Source: a virus (Duplodnaviria > Caudoviricetes). Taken from it: a stretch of DNA of 30,753 nt. Made by a program: the position numbers and the translations under genes. The stretch covers positions 1 to 30,753 of IMG/VR virus record IMGVR_UViG_3300009678_000118; one strand, 5' to 3'. Positions 23,614-30,753 of the stretch are shown piece after piece. Position 1 is the first letter of the stretch, and every line of letters begins with the position of its first letter. Below the pieces are notes generated by a model that saw nothing but the letters and a program-made list of their open reading frames with translations, had not been told where the DNA came from and searched no databases.

Positions 23614-24564
23614 CTACGGACGCGCCAGCACGAGCTCGTTCACTCGCGCGAGCCGGTCAATGTCTGTGTCCGCCGAGTCGTCCTCGGCGCCAGTGATCGT
23701 GGTGTCGTACTCGGAGCGCACTCCGCGCGCGCTCGACGCGCCGCCGTGCCGTCCGAGCACTGTGTCGAGCGTGGCAACGCGGTCGGCCATGCCGAGGCGC
23801 ACAGCCTCTTTCGCCATGACCATGCGGCCCTGCCCGAAGGAGTCGCGCACCGTCGGCGCGCTGACCTTGCGGCCGCGCGCGACGGCGTCGACGAACATTC
23901 CGTAGTAGGTGTTGAGTTGGCCCTGGATATAGTCGCGCGCGTCGTCGGCGAGCGGCTCGAGTGGGTTGCCCTCGGCCTTGTGCTCGGGCGTGCGGAGAAT
24001 GGTGATGGTGATGCCGGCCGCGTCGTACATGCGCGACGCGTCGCCGTGCACGGTGATGACGCCGATGCTGCCGACCATGCCTGACGGCGTGACAACGAGC
24101 TCGTCGGCCTGCGAGGCGAGGTAGTACGCGGCGCTCGCGGCCCAGCTGTTCGCGACTGCGGTGATGGGCTTCGACCCACCACGCGCTGCGTGGATCTCGG
24201 CGGCCATCTCGTCGATGCCGGACACATCGCCGCCTGGCGAGTCGATGTCGAGCACGATCGACTTCACCGCGTCGTCGACAAGGGCTGCACGAAACGCGCG
24301 CTGGAAGCCTTCGACCGACACGGTCAGGCCGTAGAAGCTGAAGATGTCTTCCCGCTGCTGGATCGGGCCGACGATCGGGATGACCGCGGTCCCGCCCTGC
24401 GAGCGCACCGGCGCGGAACGCGGTGTGGCGCCCTCTACTTCCAGCGTGGCGCCGGCTTCGAGGCGCGCGATGAGCGGATGGAGGTACTCGGGCGCGATCG
24501 CCAGCGGGCGAGCGAGCAGCGCGCGGATGGCGAGTGCGAAGTCTGGCTTGGATTCCGGCCCCAA
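23614..24564 (-). CDS. prohead protease, S49 (SppA/ClpP-like) family
   Basis: IVLDIDSPGG, AASAAYYLAS, VGSIGV, MFVDAVARGR, GMADRV. Confidence 0.93.
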   Translation of the reverse strand: MGPESKPDFALAIRALLARPLAIAPEYLHPLIARLEAGATLEVEGATPRSAPVRSQGGTAVIPIVGPIQQREDIFSFYGLTVSVEGFQRAFRAALVDDAVKSIVLDIDSPGGDVSGIDEMAAEIHAARGGSKPITAVANSWAASAAYYLASQADELVVTPSGMVGSIGVITVHGDASRMYDAAGITITILRTPEHKAEGNPLEPLADDARDYIQGQLNTYYGMFVDAVARGRKVSAPTVRDSFGQGRMVMAKEAVRLGMADRVATLDTVLGRHGGASSARGVRSEYDTTITGAEDDSADTDIDRLARVNELVLARP

Positions 24565-24637
24565 GACGTGCCCCCGTGTGCCAGCGGGAACCGTCTTCGA
24601 CGGGTCGCGCTAGCGGGGCACTCAGGCCACTAAGGAG

Positions 24638-24667
24638 ATTCTGAGCACTCGCATACGCGGCTGTCAA
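24638..24667 (-). promoter_or_regulatory. candidate promoter for the protease-capsid genes
   Basis: TTGACA-18 bp-CAGAAT in an AT-richer intergenic patch. Confidence 0.5.
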
Positions 24668-24747
24668 GCGTTACGTCGCCCAAAACTCGTTATCATGTAT
24701 GTATTCACAAGAGCGGGCGCAAGCCCGAGCGATTGCGGAGGGACAAG

Positions 24748-24903
24748 TTGGCTGGTTCGAAGTCAGGTGGTGGCAAGAGCGGCGGAGACGGCGGCCGGAT
24801 CGGGCGCGACGCCCGTACCGGTCAGTACATCCCCGCCCGCGAGGCTGAGCGGCGCCCGGCGACTACAGTCACCGAGCCGCGAAGCAAGCCGGGCAAGAAG
24901 TAG
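24748..24903 (+). CDS. small basic protein of the 'RDAxTGQY...TVTE' type (51 aa), antisense moron
   Basis: GGAGG SD 6 nt before TTG; MAGSKSGGGKSGGDGGRIGRDARTGQYIPAREAERRPATTVTEPRSKPGKK. Confidence 0.72.
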   Translation: MAGSKSGGGKSGGDGGRIGRDARTGQYIPAREAERRPATTVTEPRSKPGKK

Positions 24904-24910
24904 CCCTGGG

Positions 24911-25033
24911 ATGTGCCCCAAGTGCTCATCCGAGTCTGTCTCCGGCACCCGTAAGACGGTGCTGGGCAAGTCGATCATCGTCGTGCGCTGCAGCGCCTGT
25001 CGCACGACGCTCGGTACAGTGAACGCCGACTGA
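24911..25033 (+). CDS. zinc-ribbon microprotein (40 aa), antisense moron
   Basis: MCPKCSSESVSGTRKTVLGKSIIVVRCSACRTTLGTVNAD; CxxC...CxxC; starts 7 nt after the previous stop. Confidence 0.6.
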   Translation: MCPKCSSESVSGTRKTVLGKSIIVVRCSACRTTLGTVNAD

Positions 25034-25058
25034 GACAGACCCAAGCGCGGAAGGCGGC

Positions 25059-25340
25059 CTACTCCCCAGCCGCCTCCGGCTTCCCGATTCGAACCGCGAA
25101 CGCTCGCAGCTCCTTCCGGACCTCGACCACGATCATCTCGACGAGCTGCTCGGCGTCGACGAAGTCCGTGCGGTGTGGCACTGCCGCCATCTGCCCGTTC
25201 GGCAGGCGGACCAGTTCCGGCTCGTAGGTGCCGTCTTCCTCCAGCCGCCGCATGAACGCGACCGGCTGCACTGCGGCCTTCGGATGCTCCGGCGGCTTGC
25301 GCGCGACCGCGCCGAGGTCTGGGACGTTCCCGTCCATCAT
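25059..25340 (-). CDS. hypothetical protein (93 aa)
   Basis: GGGGGG SD; continues the portal operon. Confidence 0.6.
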   Translation of the reverse strand: MMDGNVPDLGAVARKPPEHPKAAVQPVAFMRRLEEDGTYEPELVRLPNGQMAAVPHRTDFVDAEQLVEMIVVEVRKELRAFAVRIGKPEAAGE

Positions 25341-25349
25341 CGTGCCCCC

Positions 25350-25469
25350 CTACTGATTGACCGCGCCGCAGTGGCGGCACGTGATGCGCGTCCCTGAGCC
25401 CCACGCCTCCGCGATCACCTTGCGGCAGTGCCAGCACAGCACGCGCTCCGCAACCACGGGCGCCGGCAT
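25350..25469 (-). CDS. Mu Com-like zinc-finger protein (39 aa)
   Basis: MPAPVVAERVLCWHCRKVIAEAWGSGTRITCRHCGAVNQ fits CxxCxKxxA...IxCxxCxxxN; ATG abuts the portal TAG. Confidence 0.68.
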   Translation of the reverse strand: MPAPVVAERVLCWHCRKVIAEAWGSGTRITCRHCGAVNQ

Positions 25470-26741
25470 CTACGCGGCACCCTGAGCGGGCGCGCCGGCA
25501 GCATTCGGCGGGGCGTTGAGCACGTCGCCGCCCGCGATCGGCGGCATGTTCTGCGTGCCACGAAACTCGTTGGCGGTCATGTAGGGGCCGCCAACAGCCT
25601 TCACGCCTGCCTCGATCTCCTTGATGGGGTCGCCCTTGAGGATCTGCTTGTAGTTGAACTCGACGTACTGGCCCGCCATCGTCGGCTCGTCCTCGATGAG
25701 CTGCTCCTGCAACGTTTCTTCGATGAGCACGGTCCAGGGCTGGTATGTGTCCTGGTACTCCATGAGGTGCTGCTCGGTGACGTTCGAGAAGGTCGCGTGG
25801 TCGAGGATGCCGATGCTCGGCTGCGGGACGTTCATCACCGCGGCGACTTCCTCTTTGGTGAGGCCCTTGAGCTTGACCGCATCGGAGTCGACGAGCGAGT
25901 GCGACATCTCCTGCCACTTCGCGCCGCCCTCGAGCAGCATGATTTTGAAGGCGTTGTCGACGCCGCCGTAGGTCTCGTTCAATTGCGCGCGCATCCGCTC
26001 GGCTGCGGCTTTGTCTTTGAGGATGCCATCGATCGAGTAGGCGCCGACAATGCGCAGCCCGTTCTCGAAGCCGCCGATCATCGTGCGGCGCACCGCGTCA
26101 TCGATCTGCAGCGTCTGCCTGAGCGCTTCCATGCGTGAATCACCGAGCAGCCCGCGACCCGTGCCCCAGGTGTGGAAGTGGATCACCTCTTCCGGGCGGA
26201 AGGGGATGTGCTGCGGCCGGCCCGCGAGCTCGCCGTGGAAGATGTACCAATCGATACGCCGACGCTCGCCTGGCACGATCTCCCAGTAGCCGAACGACGA
26301 CGGGAGCATCTCAACGGGCGGGCGCCCCACACCCGGGCGCACCTTGACGAGCACCGCGTTCTCGTGGATGAGCAGGTTCTTGACGATCGCCTGCTTGATG
26401 ACGGAGGGCGTGCCGTCTTCGTAGGGGTTGGCGAGCAGCTCCGCGAGCTGGCCCTCGCGCTGCTTTTCGCGCTCCCCTGGTTCGTCGGCGTCGATATACG
26501 CGTCCCAGGGGATGCGCCCGATGCCACCCGAGACGCGGTCCACGGCGGCACGGATCCAGGGGTTCTGGCGGTACATCGCCTCGTAGGTGGCGCTCCTGTT
26601 GCCCGAGAGCGGGATGCTGCCGAAGCCCGGGCGATTGGAGTTGCCGGTGTAGGCGTTCGAGAGGTTGATGTTGTCGAGCGTGACCGAGGAGCGGATGCGC
26701 GAGGCCCCGCGTACGAAGACGTCGGTAATGGTTGGCGGCAT
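25470..26741 (-). CDS. portal protein, HK97 family
   Basis: Real start ATG 26741 (MPPTITDV); NPWIRAAVDRVSGGIGRIPW, LLANPY, EEVIHF, IMLLEGGAKW, FSNVTEQ, MTANEFR. Confidence 0.94.
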   Translation of the reverse strand: MPPTITDVFVRGASRIRSSVTLDNINLSNAYTGNSNRPGFGSIPLSGNRSATYEAMYRQNPWIRAAVDRVSGGIGRIPWDAYIDADEPGEREKQREGQLAELLANPYEDGTPSVIKQAIVKNLLIHENAVLVKVRPGVGRPPVEMLPSSFGYWEIVPGERRRIDWYIFHGELAGRPQHIPFRPEEVIHFHTWGTGRGLLGDSRMEALRQTLQIDDAVRRTMIGGFENGLRIVGAYSIDGILKDKAAAERMRAQLNETYGGVDNAFKIMLLEGGAKWQEMSHSLVDSDAVKLKGLTKEEVAAVMNVPQPSIGILDHATFSNVTEQHLMEYQDTYQPWTVLIEETLQEQLIEDEPTMAGQYVEFNYKQILKGDPIKEIEAGVKAVGGPYMTANEFRGTQNMPPIAGGDVLNAPPNAAGAPAQGAA

Positions 26742-26959
26742 CACTCGCTCCTCGGCGCTTCGGGTGCGAGCCCGGCGCCGATCACGATGAGGCCGATGCC
26801 GGCCACGATCAGCGCAAGGGGCTCGTACACCATCCAGAGGCCGCCGGTGATGCTCGCGATGCCGGCGGCCTGCACGAGCATCGCCGCGTTCGACCGCGCC
26901 CACCGGGCGAGTGATGCACTCATTGTACGTGCGAACGTGGTCAGGTTCAGTAGCGTCAT
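26741..26959 (-). CDS. small membrane protein between terminase and portal
   Basis: 72 aa with two TM helices (GLWMVYEPLALIVAGIGLIVIG); a common position in HK97-like phages. Confidence 0.7.
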   Translation of the reverse strand: MTLLNLTTFARTMSASLARWARSNAAMLVQAAGIASITGGLWMVYEPLALIVAGIGLIVIGAGLAPEAPRSE

Positions 26960-28569
26960 GGTGTGTAGAACTGCGGATCGGGATCGTCCAGCGCGCCTGC
27001 TGCGATCGCCGCTTTGCGGGCTTGCTGCGACAACACCGCTGCGACCGCGATGTCGATCTTGTGCGGGCTCGCCTGGCTCTCCTTCTTGATGACGTAGAGC
27101 GGCAACCCGTCCTCGTCCTTGAAGCCCGTGGGGCGCTTGACGCTGTTCGCGACGTGCTCGGCGAACGTCTCATCTGGAGCGTGGCCGAGCTCGGCGGCGC
27201 GCACGCTCGTCTCGTAGTCTTTGACCGCCATCGACATCGCGCCGAGGCGGTTGGTGTGAAAGAAGACGACGCGGTCATCGCCCCAGCGCCCGGCCCAGTG
27301 CGCGATCGTGTCCTCCCACCAGTAGGGGTCGCAGTACATGCGCCATACGGCGTAACGCTCGAAGGCCTCGGCGACTGTTTCGGTGACCTCCTCGGCGTCG
27401 ATCTCCCAGAGCGCCACGCCTTCCGGTCGTTCCCAGACGCGGATGACCCACTGGAACCCCGTCGCAACGACGGTCGCGACGAGCGCGGTCGAGTCGCGGA
27501 AGCGCGAGCCGTCGAACCCGAGCGTGACGAGCGCGCCGTCCTCGACCGTCTCGTCCCTGGCGATCGCGCCCCATTCGGCCGGCGTGATCCACCCGCTGCG
27601 GTCGGAGCGATTCTGGTTGAGCCAGTAGCGGCGCTTCTCGGGCTCGGAGGCGCGCGGGTCGCGGCACTCTTTCATGACGCGAGCAACGTCGAGCCAGTAC
27701 GAATCGCCGCGGCACGCCTCGATCGCGGCGCGCAGCTGCTCGTCGTCGTCGAGGTCGACGTCTTCCGGCGCCTCGACCGAGTCGTACAGGATGTCCGAAT
27801 CCTCGCCCTGGGTTTCGTAGGCCTCGAGGTCCTGGCGGGCGACCGAGTCCTCGCCCGGGTTGTGGGCGTTGGTGATGCGCAGCGAGCGCGCGGAGCCGTC
27901 GCGTGACTTGCCGAGGTTGCGCACGATCACGCGCGCCATCGCGTGGCCCTCGTTGTTCGCGAGCCAGTGGTGAGGCTCGTTCATCAGCACGAACGTCGGG
28001 CGGTGGCCCTCCATCGTGCGCGGCGCGCTCGTGACTGCCTCGATGCGGCACTGGCCTTCGTAGGCGTAAATCTTCTCTTTGCCGAGGTCGATGCCGAACT
28101 CGGTGATCGCGCGCGTGCTGAACAGGCCCGGGAACAGCGTCATGGTGTTTTTCGTTTGCTCGATCGCGACCGCGGCGGTCTGCACCCAGCTCGCCAGGTG
28201 CGGGATCGCGAGCGGCTTGCCGTCCGTGCCCCAGCCACCGAAGCGACACGGCCCGACGAACTCGACGGCGCACACGGCAGCGCCTAGCGGGTCCTTGCCC
28301 CAGCCTTTCATGCGCTGCAGCACGCCGTCGCGATAGACGAAGCGTCCATGCTCGTCGAGCGCGTACCACCACAACAGGAAGCGCGCCTGCTCGTCGGTGA
28401 ACTTCCACGGATCGCCCGCGTCTGGGCCGTCCGGCTGCTCGAGGTACTCGTGCGTCCAGCCGAGGATCTCCCACCCGAGCGTGCGCCGTGGCAGCACGAA
28501 TCGCCCAGCGGCGTTGCGCCGCCACGTCGGCCCAATCGTCACCGGCTCGACACGGACGGCGGTCGTCAC
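26956..28569 (-). CDS. terL: terminase large subunit
   Basis: Walker A region LQRMKGWGKD, Walker B VLMNEPHHW, ITNA coupling motif, nuclease LGFDGS...DSTAL, KIDIAVAAVL. Confidence 0.95.
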   Translation of the reverse strand: MTTAVRVEPVTIGPTWRRNAAGRFVLPRRTLGWEILGWTHEYLEQPDGPDAGDPWKFTDEQARFLLWWYALDEHGRFVYRDGVLQRMKGWGKDPLGAAVCAVEFVGPCRFGGWGTDGKPLAIPHLASWVQTAAVAIEQTKNTMTLFPGLFSTRAITEFGIDLGKEKIYAYEGQCRIEAVTSAPRTMEGHRPTFVLMNEPHHWLANNEGHAMARVIVRNLGKSRDGSARSLRITNAHNPGEDSVARQDLEAYETQGEDSDILYDSVEAPEDVDLDDDEQLRAAIEACRGDSYWLDVARVMKECRDPRASEPEKRRYWLNQNRSDRSGWITPAEWGAIARDETVEDGALVTLGFDGSRFRDSTALVATVVATGFQWVIRVWERPEGVALWEIDAEEVTETVAEAFERYAVWRMYCDPYWWEDTIAHWAGRWGDDRVVFFHTNRLGAMSMAVKDYETSVRAAELGHAPDETFAEHVANSVKRPTGFKDEDGLPLYVIKKESQASPHKIDIAVAAVLSQQARKAAIAAGALDDPDPQFYTP

Positions 28570-29003
28570 TCGGTTTCGTCCTCGTCGGCGCCGAGGCTCT
28601 TGCGGTAGTCGTCGATGGCCGAGACCTTCGCGTCGTCGGTGGGCGTCCCAATCTCGCGCTGGATCTCGATGCGCGCGCGCCGGCGCGCGGCCTCAGTGGT
28701 GAGCAGGTCGGTCATCGCCTTCCAGATCGCAGCGAAGGCCTCGGCCGAGAAGGTGCGGCGCTTGAGCAGCTTCGTCATGGCCTCGGCGACGAGTTGCGCC
28801 GCGGCCCAGTCGGACGGCTCGTAGTAGACCTGCTGGCCGGACCGTCTCAGCGACCGGTACCAGCGGATCGCGATCGGGTGCCAGGCGGCGTCGGCCGCCG
28901 GCACGGTGACGCGGCCGGCAACGACGATCGTGTCGACGTCGCCGCTGAGGTTGCGGCGCCGGCGCTCGATCGCGCGCTTCGGCATCGGGCCTCGCGATCC
29001 CAC
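28566..29003 (-). CDS. terS: terminase small subunit
   Basis: MGSRGPMPKR...WHPIAIRWYRSLRRSGQ..YYEPSDWAAA...LLTTEAARRRARIEI; directly upstream of terL. Confidence 0.88.
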   Translation of the reverse strand: MGSRGPMPKRAIERRRRNLSGDVDTIVVAGRVTVPAADAAWHPIAIRWYRSLRRSGQQVYYEPSDWAAAQLVAEAMTKLLKRRTFSAEAFAAIWKAMTDLLTTEAARRRARIEIQREIGTPTDDAKVSAIDDYRKSLGADEDETE

Positions 29004-29079
29004 CTAAAACCCCCGGAAAACTCGTACAGGATTCGAGAAGGGGCAGAGCGGTTTCCTGGATGCGTGCACTGCAGCGATT

Positions 29080-29307
29080 TCAGCCACCCCCCACCCCCTC
29101 GACGCGCTCGCCCTCAGACAAGCGCACGCAGCGAGTAATCGCGCGTTCTTCGATGTGCACTGGGCCGAGGGGTGCGCGCCCGTCCAGCGTGGCTGCGGCG
29201 AGAACCAGCCCGTCTGCCTGCGCGAGCACGTAGACCAGCGAGCGGGCGAGGCGCTCGCCCTTGCGGTACTCGATGAGCAACGGCACGCGGGTCGGTAGCG
29301 CCGTCAT
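29080..29307 (-). CDS. hypothetical protein (75 aa)
   Basis: ATG 29307 overlaps the upstream TGA; MTALPTRVPLLIEY... Confidence 0.55.
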   Translation of the reverse strand: MTALPTRVPLLIEYRKGERLARSLVYVLAQADGLVLAAATLDGRAPLGPVHIEERAITRCVRLSEGERVEGVGGG

Positions 29308-29558
29308 ACCTGCGCTCCGATCAGGGCATGAATCTGCAGTTGCTCGCCCCAGGCGTCGAGGTCGCCAGCGATCAGGCAGGCGACGCAGGTCGGCGAGTCG
29401 TGTTCGTCGTGCACCACCTCGAGCTCGATACCGCATTCGGTGCGCAGCTCTTTGACGTGCAGCGTGCTGCAGAACGGATGGGCACAACGAAACGGATCGA
29501 CGAGCACTGCATGGATGAGGCCGTTAGCAGGCTCGCGCCATGAACGCTGCTCGCTCAT
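29304..29558 (-). CDS. hypothetical Cys-containing protein (84 aa)
   Basis: ATGA-coupled; IHAV...TECG...PTCVACL. Confidence 0.6.
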   Translation of the reverse strand: MSEQRSWREPANGLIHAVLVDPFRCAHPFCSTLHVKELRTECGIELEVVHDEHDSPTCVACLIAGDLDAWGEQLQIHALIGAQV

Positions 29559-29902
29559 CGCTGGGCGCGCCTTCCCAGGCGTACTGCACGTTCACCTGCC
29601 TGCTTGGCGGTCACGACGTCGTGATGGGCCTTGCAGAGCGTGCGCAGGTTGGCGTCCTCAGATGAGCCACCGAGCGAACGAGGCACGATGTGGTCGACCT
29701 TGAGCGCGCCCTCGTGAGGCGCTGGCATGACGCATCCGCCATCCCTGGCGATGATGCGTTTCCTTGTCTCGGCCCATGACCAGCCACCGAACTGGGCGTT
29801 GTGGCGCTGTTGCTGGGCGTGCAGATGCGCAGCGCATCGCCCCTTTCGCACGAGGGCGTGACAGCCTGGCTGCGAGCACACCCGCAGCGGTGCTGGCATC
29901 AC
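29555..29902 (-). CDS. HNH endonuclease (terminase-associated, HK97 gp74-like)
   Basis: CSQPGC...RCAAH; RKRIIARDGGC...VDHIVPRSLGGSSEDANLRTLCKAHH. Confidence 0.9.
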   Translation of the reverse strand: MMPAPLRVCSQPGCHALVRKGRCAAHLHAQQQRHNAQFGGWSWAETRKRIIARDGGCVMPAPHEGALKVDHIVPRSLGGSSEDANLRTLCKAHHDVVTAKQAGERAVRLGRRAQR

Positions 29903-30276
29903 GCTGCCGCCCTTCGTGCAGCAAGCCAGCGTGCGCCATCAGCTGCACGGACGAGGAGGCCGAGCCCTCGAGCTTGCTCGGGGTGCGTGTGCGCCCATGC
30001 ATGACAGCGGAAGCACAGGGCTTTGTAGTTCAGCGGCTCGTCAGTAGGCCCTCCTGCTGAACGCAACCAGGGCTCGTGCACATGCTGACTGCGTCCGGTG
30101 CAAACGCCCTCGATGCGCGCCTCGCACATGGGGTGCTGCAGCAGGTACACCTTCTTGTGAGGGGCCCGCTTGCGATCCTTCGACGCCTGCTTCCGTGAGC
30201 GCGCACGGAGTGTCGAGGCCTTCGCGAGCTCTCGCTTCTGCGCGGTCCTCCGACGCATCGCCGTGCGCTGCATCAC
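29899..30276 (-). CDS. second HNH-like nuclease
   Basis: CEARIEGVCTGRSQHVHEPWLRSAGG..EPLNYKALCFRCHAWAH. Confidence 0.75.
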   Translation of the reverse strand: MMQRTAMRRRTAQKRELAKASTLRARSRKQASKDRKRAPHKKVYLLQHPMCEARIEGVCTGRSQHVHEPWLRSAGGPTDEPLNYKALCFRCHAWAHTHPEQARGLGLLVRAADGARWLAARRAAA

Positions 30277-30313
30277 GCAGCCTCCGCCAATGACGTGGAA
30301 CGGGGAGGGGGGG

Positions 30314-30673
30314 TCATTTTTCGACTCCGCTGTACCAGAGCTCAGCCGGGTGAGGCAGCACGCGGACGTGGTGACGTGCGCGGCTACGAGAGCGCTTGGT
30401 GCACGCCGTGCACATCGGCGGAGCTGTGCGGCGTCCTCGAGGTCGGCGACGCGTCAGGTGCTTCCTGCAGGCTGCTCGGTGACAGCCTGAGCACCAGGCG
30501 AGGGCGTGGCCGGCGCAGAGATCCCTCAGTCCGTTGACCTGCACGTACTGCATGCACGACACCGGGGACGTGACCTCGCCGCAGTTCGAGCACACGAAGC
30601 AACGGCGCTGCATGCCGTCGCCTTCGATGGTGACGAGCGCGCCAGCTGCAGATCCGCAGCGTGAGCAAGTCAC
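30314..30673 (-). CDS. multi-zinc-finger protein
   Basis: CSRC, CSNC, CSGC..C..H and CTAC motifs in 119 aa. Confidence 0.6.
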   Translation of the reverse strand: MTCSRCGSAAGALVTIEGDGMQRRCFVCSNCGEVTSPVSCMQYVQVNGLRDLCAGHALAWCSGCHRAACRKHLTRRRPRGRRTAPPMCTACTKRSRSRARHHVRVLPHPAELWYSGVEK

Positions 30674-30753
30674 AGCCGGAAGCTACCGTGCGAGGGCGAC
30701 CGTCGACGCTGTCGACCGTTGAGGGCGAAGTCCTTCGCGAAGTCGGCGAGATC
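30670..30753 (-). CDS. 3' end of a gene entering from the right edge
   Basis: Frame open from the window edge (DLADFAKDFALNG...) to TGA 30670, which overlaps the next GTG. Confidence 0.4.
   Translation of the reverse strand, partial: DLADFAKDFALNGRQRRRSPSHGSFRL

Noticed and set aside
24695-25033. Single 112-aa plus-strand ORF
   Set aside because: Better explained as two microgenes (24748-24903 with a strong SD and an internal paralog; 24911-25033 Zn-ribbon).
26742-27467. 665-aa version of the portal
   Set aside because: The extension overlaps terL and the small membrane gene; the portal starts at 26741.
1-30753. Alternative genetic code or suppressor tRNAs
   Set aside because: TAA, TAG and TGA all end conserved genes at expected lengths; the anticodons are CAT and CGT.

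Overview
High-GC temperate siphovirus-type phage segment with no recognisable host genes. Reading left to right: (1) a leftward early operon with a DUF5131/Gp37-Gp68 protein running off the left edge, a beta-clamp-like protein, an initiator-type tRNA(CAT), small translationally coupled ORFs and a Cro-like HTH; (2) a rightward lysogeny module with an XRE repressor, a membrane protein, an ImmA/IrrE-like protein lacking HExxH, and a large serine integrase; (3) a hairpin-rich intergenic region with a candidate attP and an atypical tRNA-Thr(CGT)-like element; (4) a long leftward late region, which in transcription order is Zn-finger, two HNH proteins, terminase S/L, HK97 portal, Com-like Zn-finger, S49 protease, HK97 capsid, a triple-repeat decoration-like protein, connector/neck/terminator, major tail, a frameshifted chaperone, a short tape measure, one 1194-aa tail-tip protein and a lysis cassette (XhlA-like, DUF2292-like, DUF4874-like glycoside hydrolase, amidase, holin). 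The integrase 3' end faces the lysis-cassette end, which suggests the excised (attP) configuration. Most notable observations: two unannotated paralogous ~40-50 aa 'RDAxTGxF/Y...EAExRPAxTVTE' microproteins, one in an antisense two-gene moron inside the head module; two cases of a tiny putative RNA-binding protein upstream of a Shine-Dalgarno-occluding hairpin (head genes, lysis enzymes); a tRNA-like element on a ~15-bp extended acceptor helix; a membrane-anchored glycoside-hydrolase-like gene in the lysis cassette; and an apparently catalytically dead ImmA. All family assignments are from motif recognition by eye, and all RNA folds were paired by hand; no searches were run.
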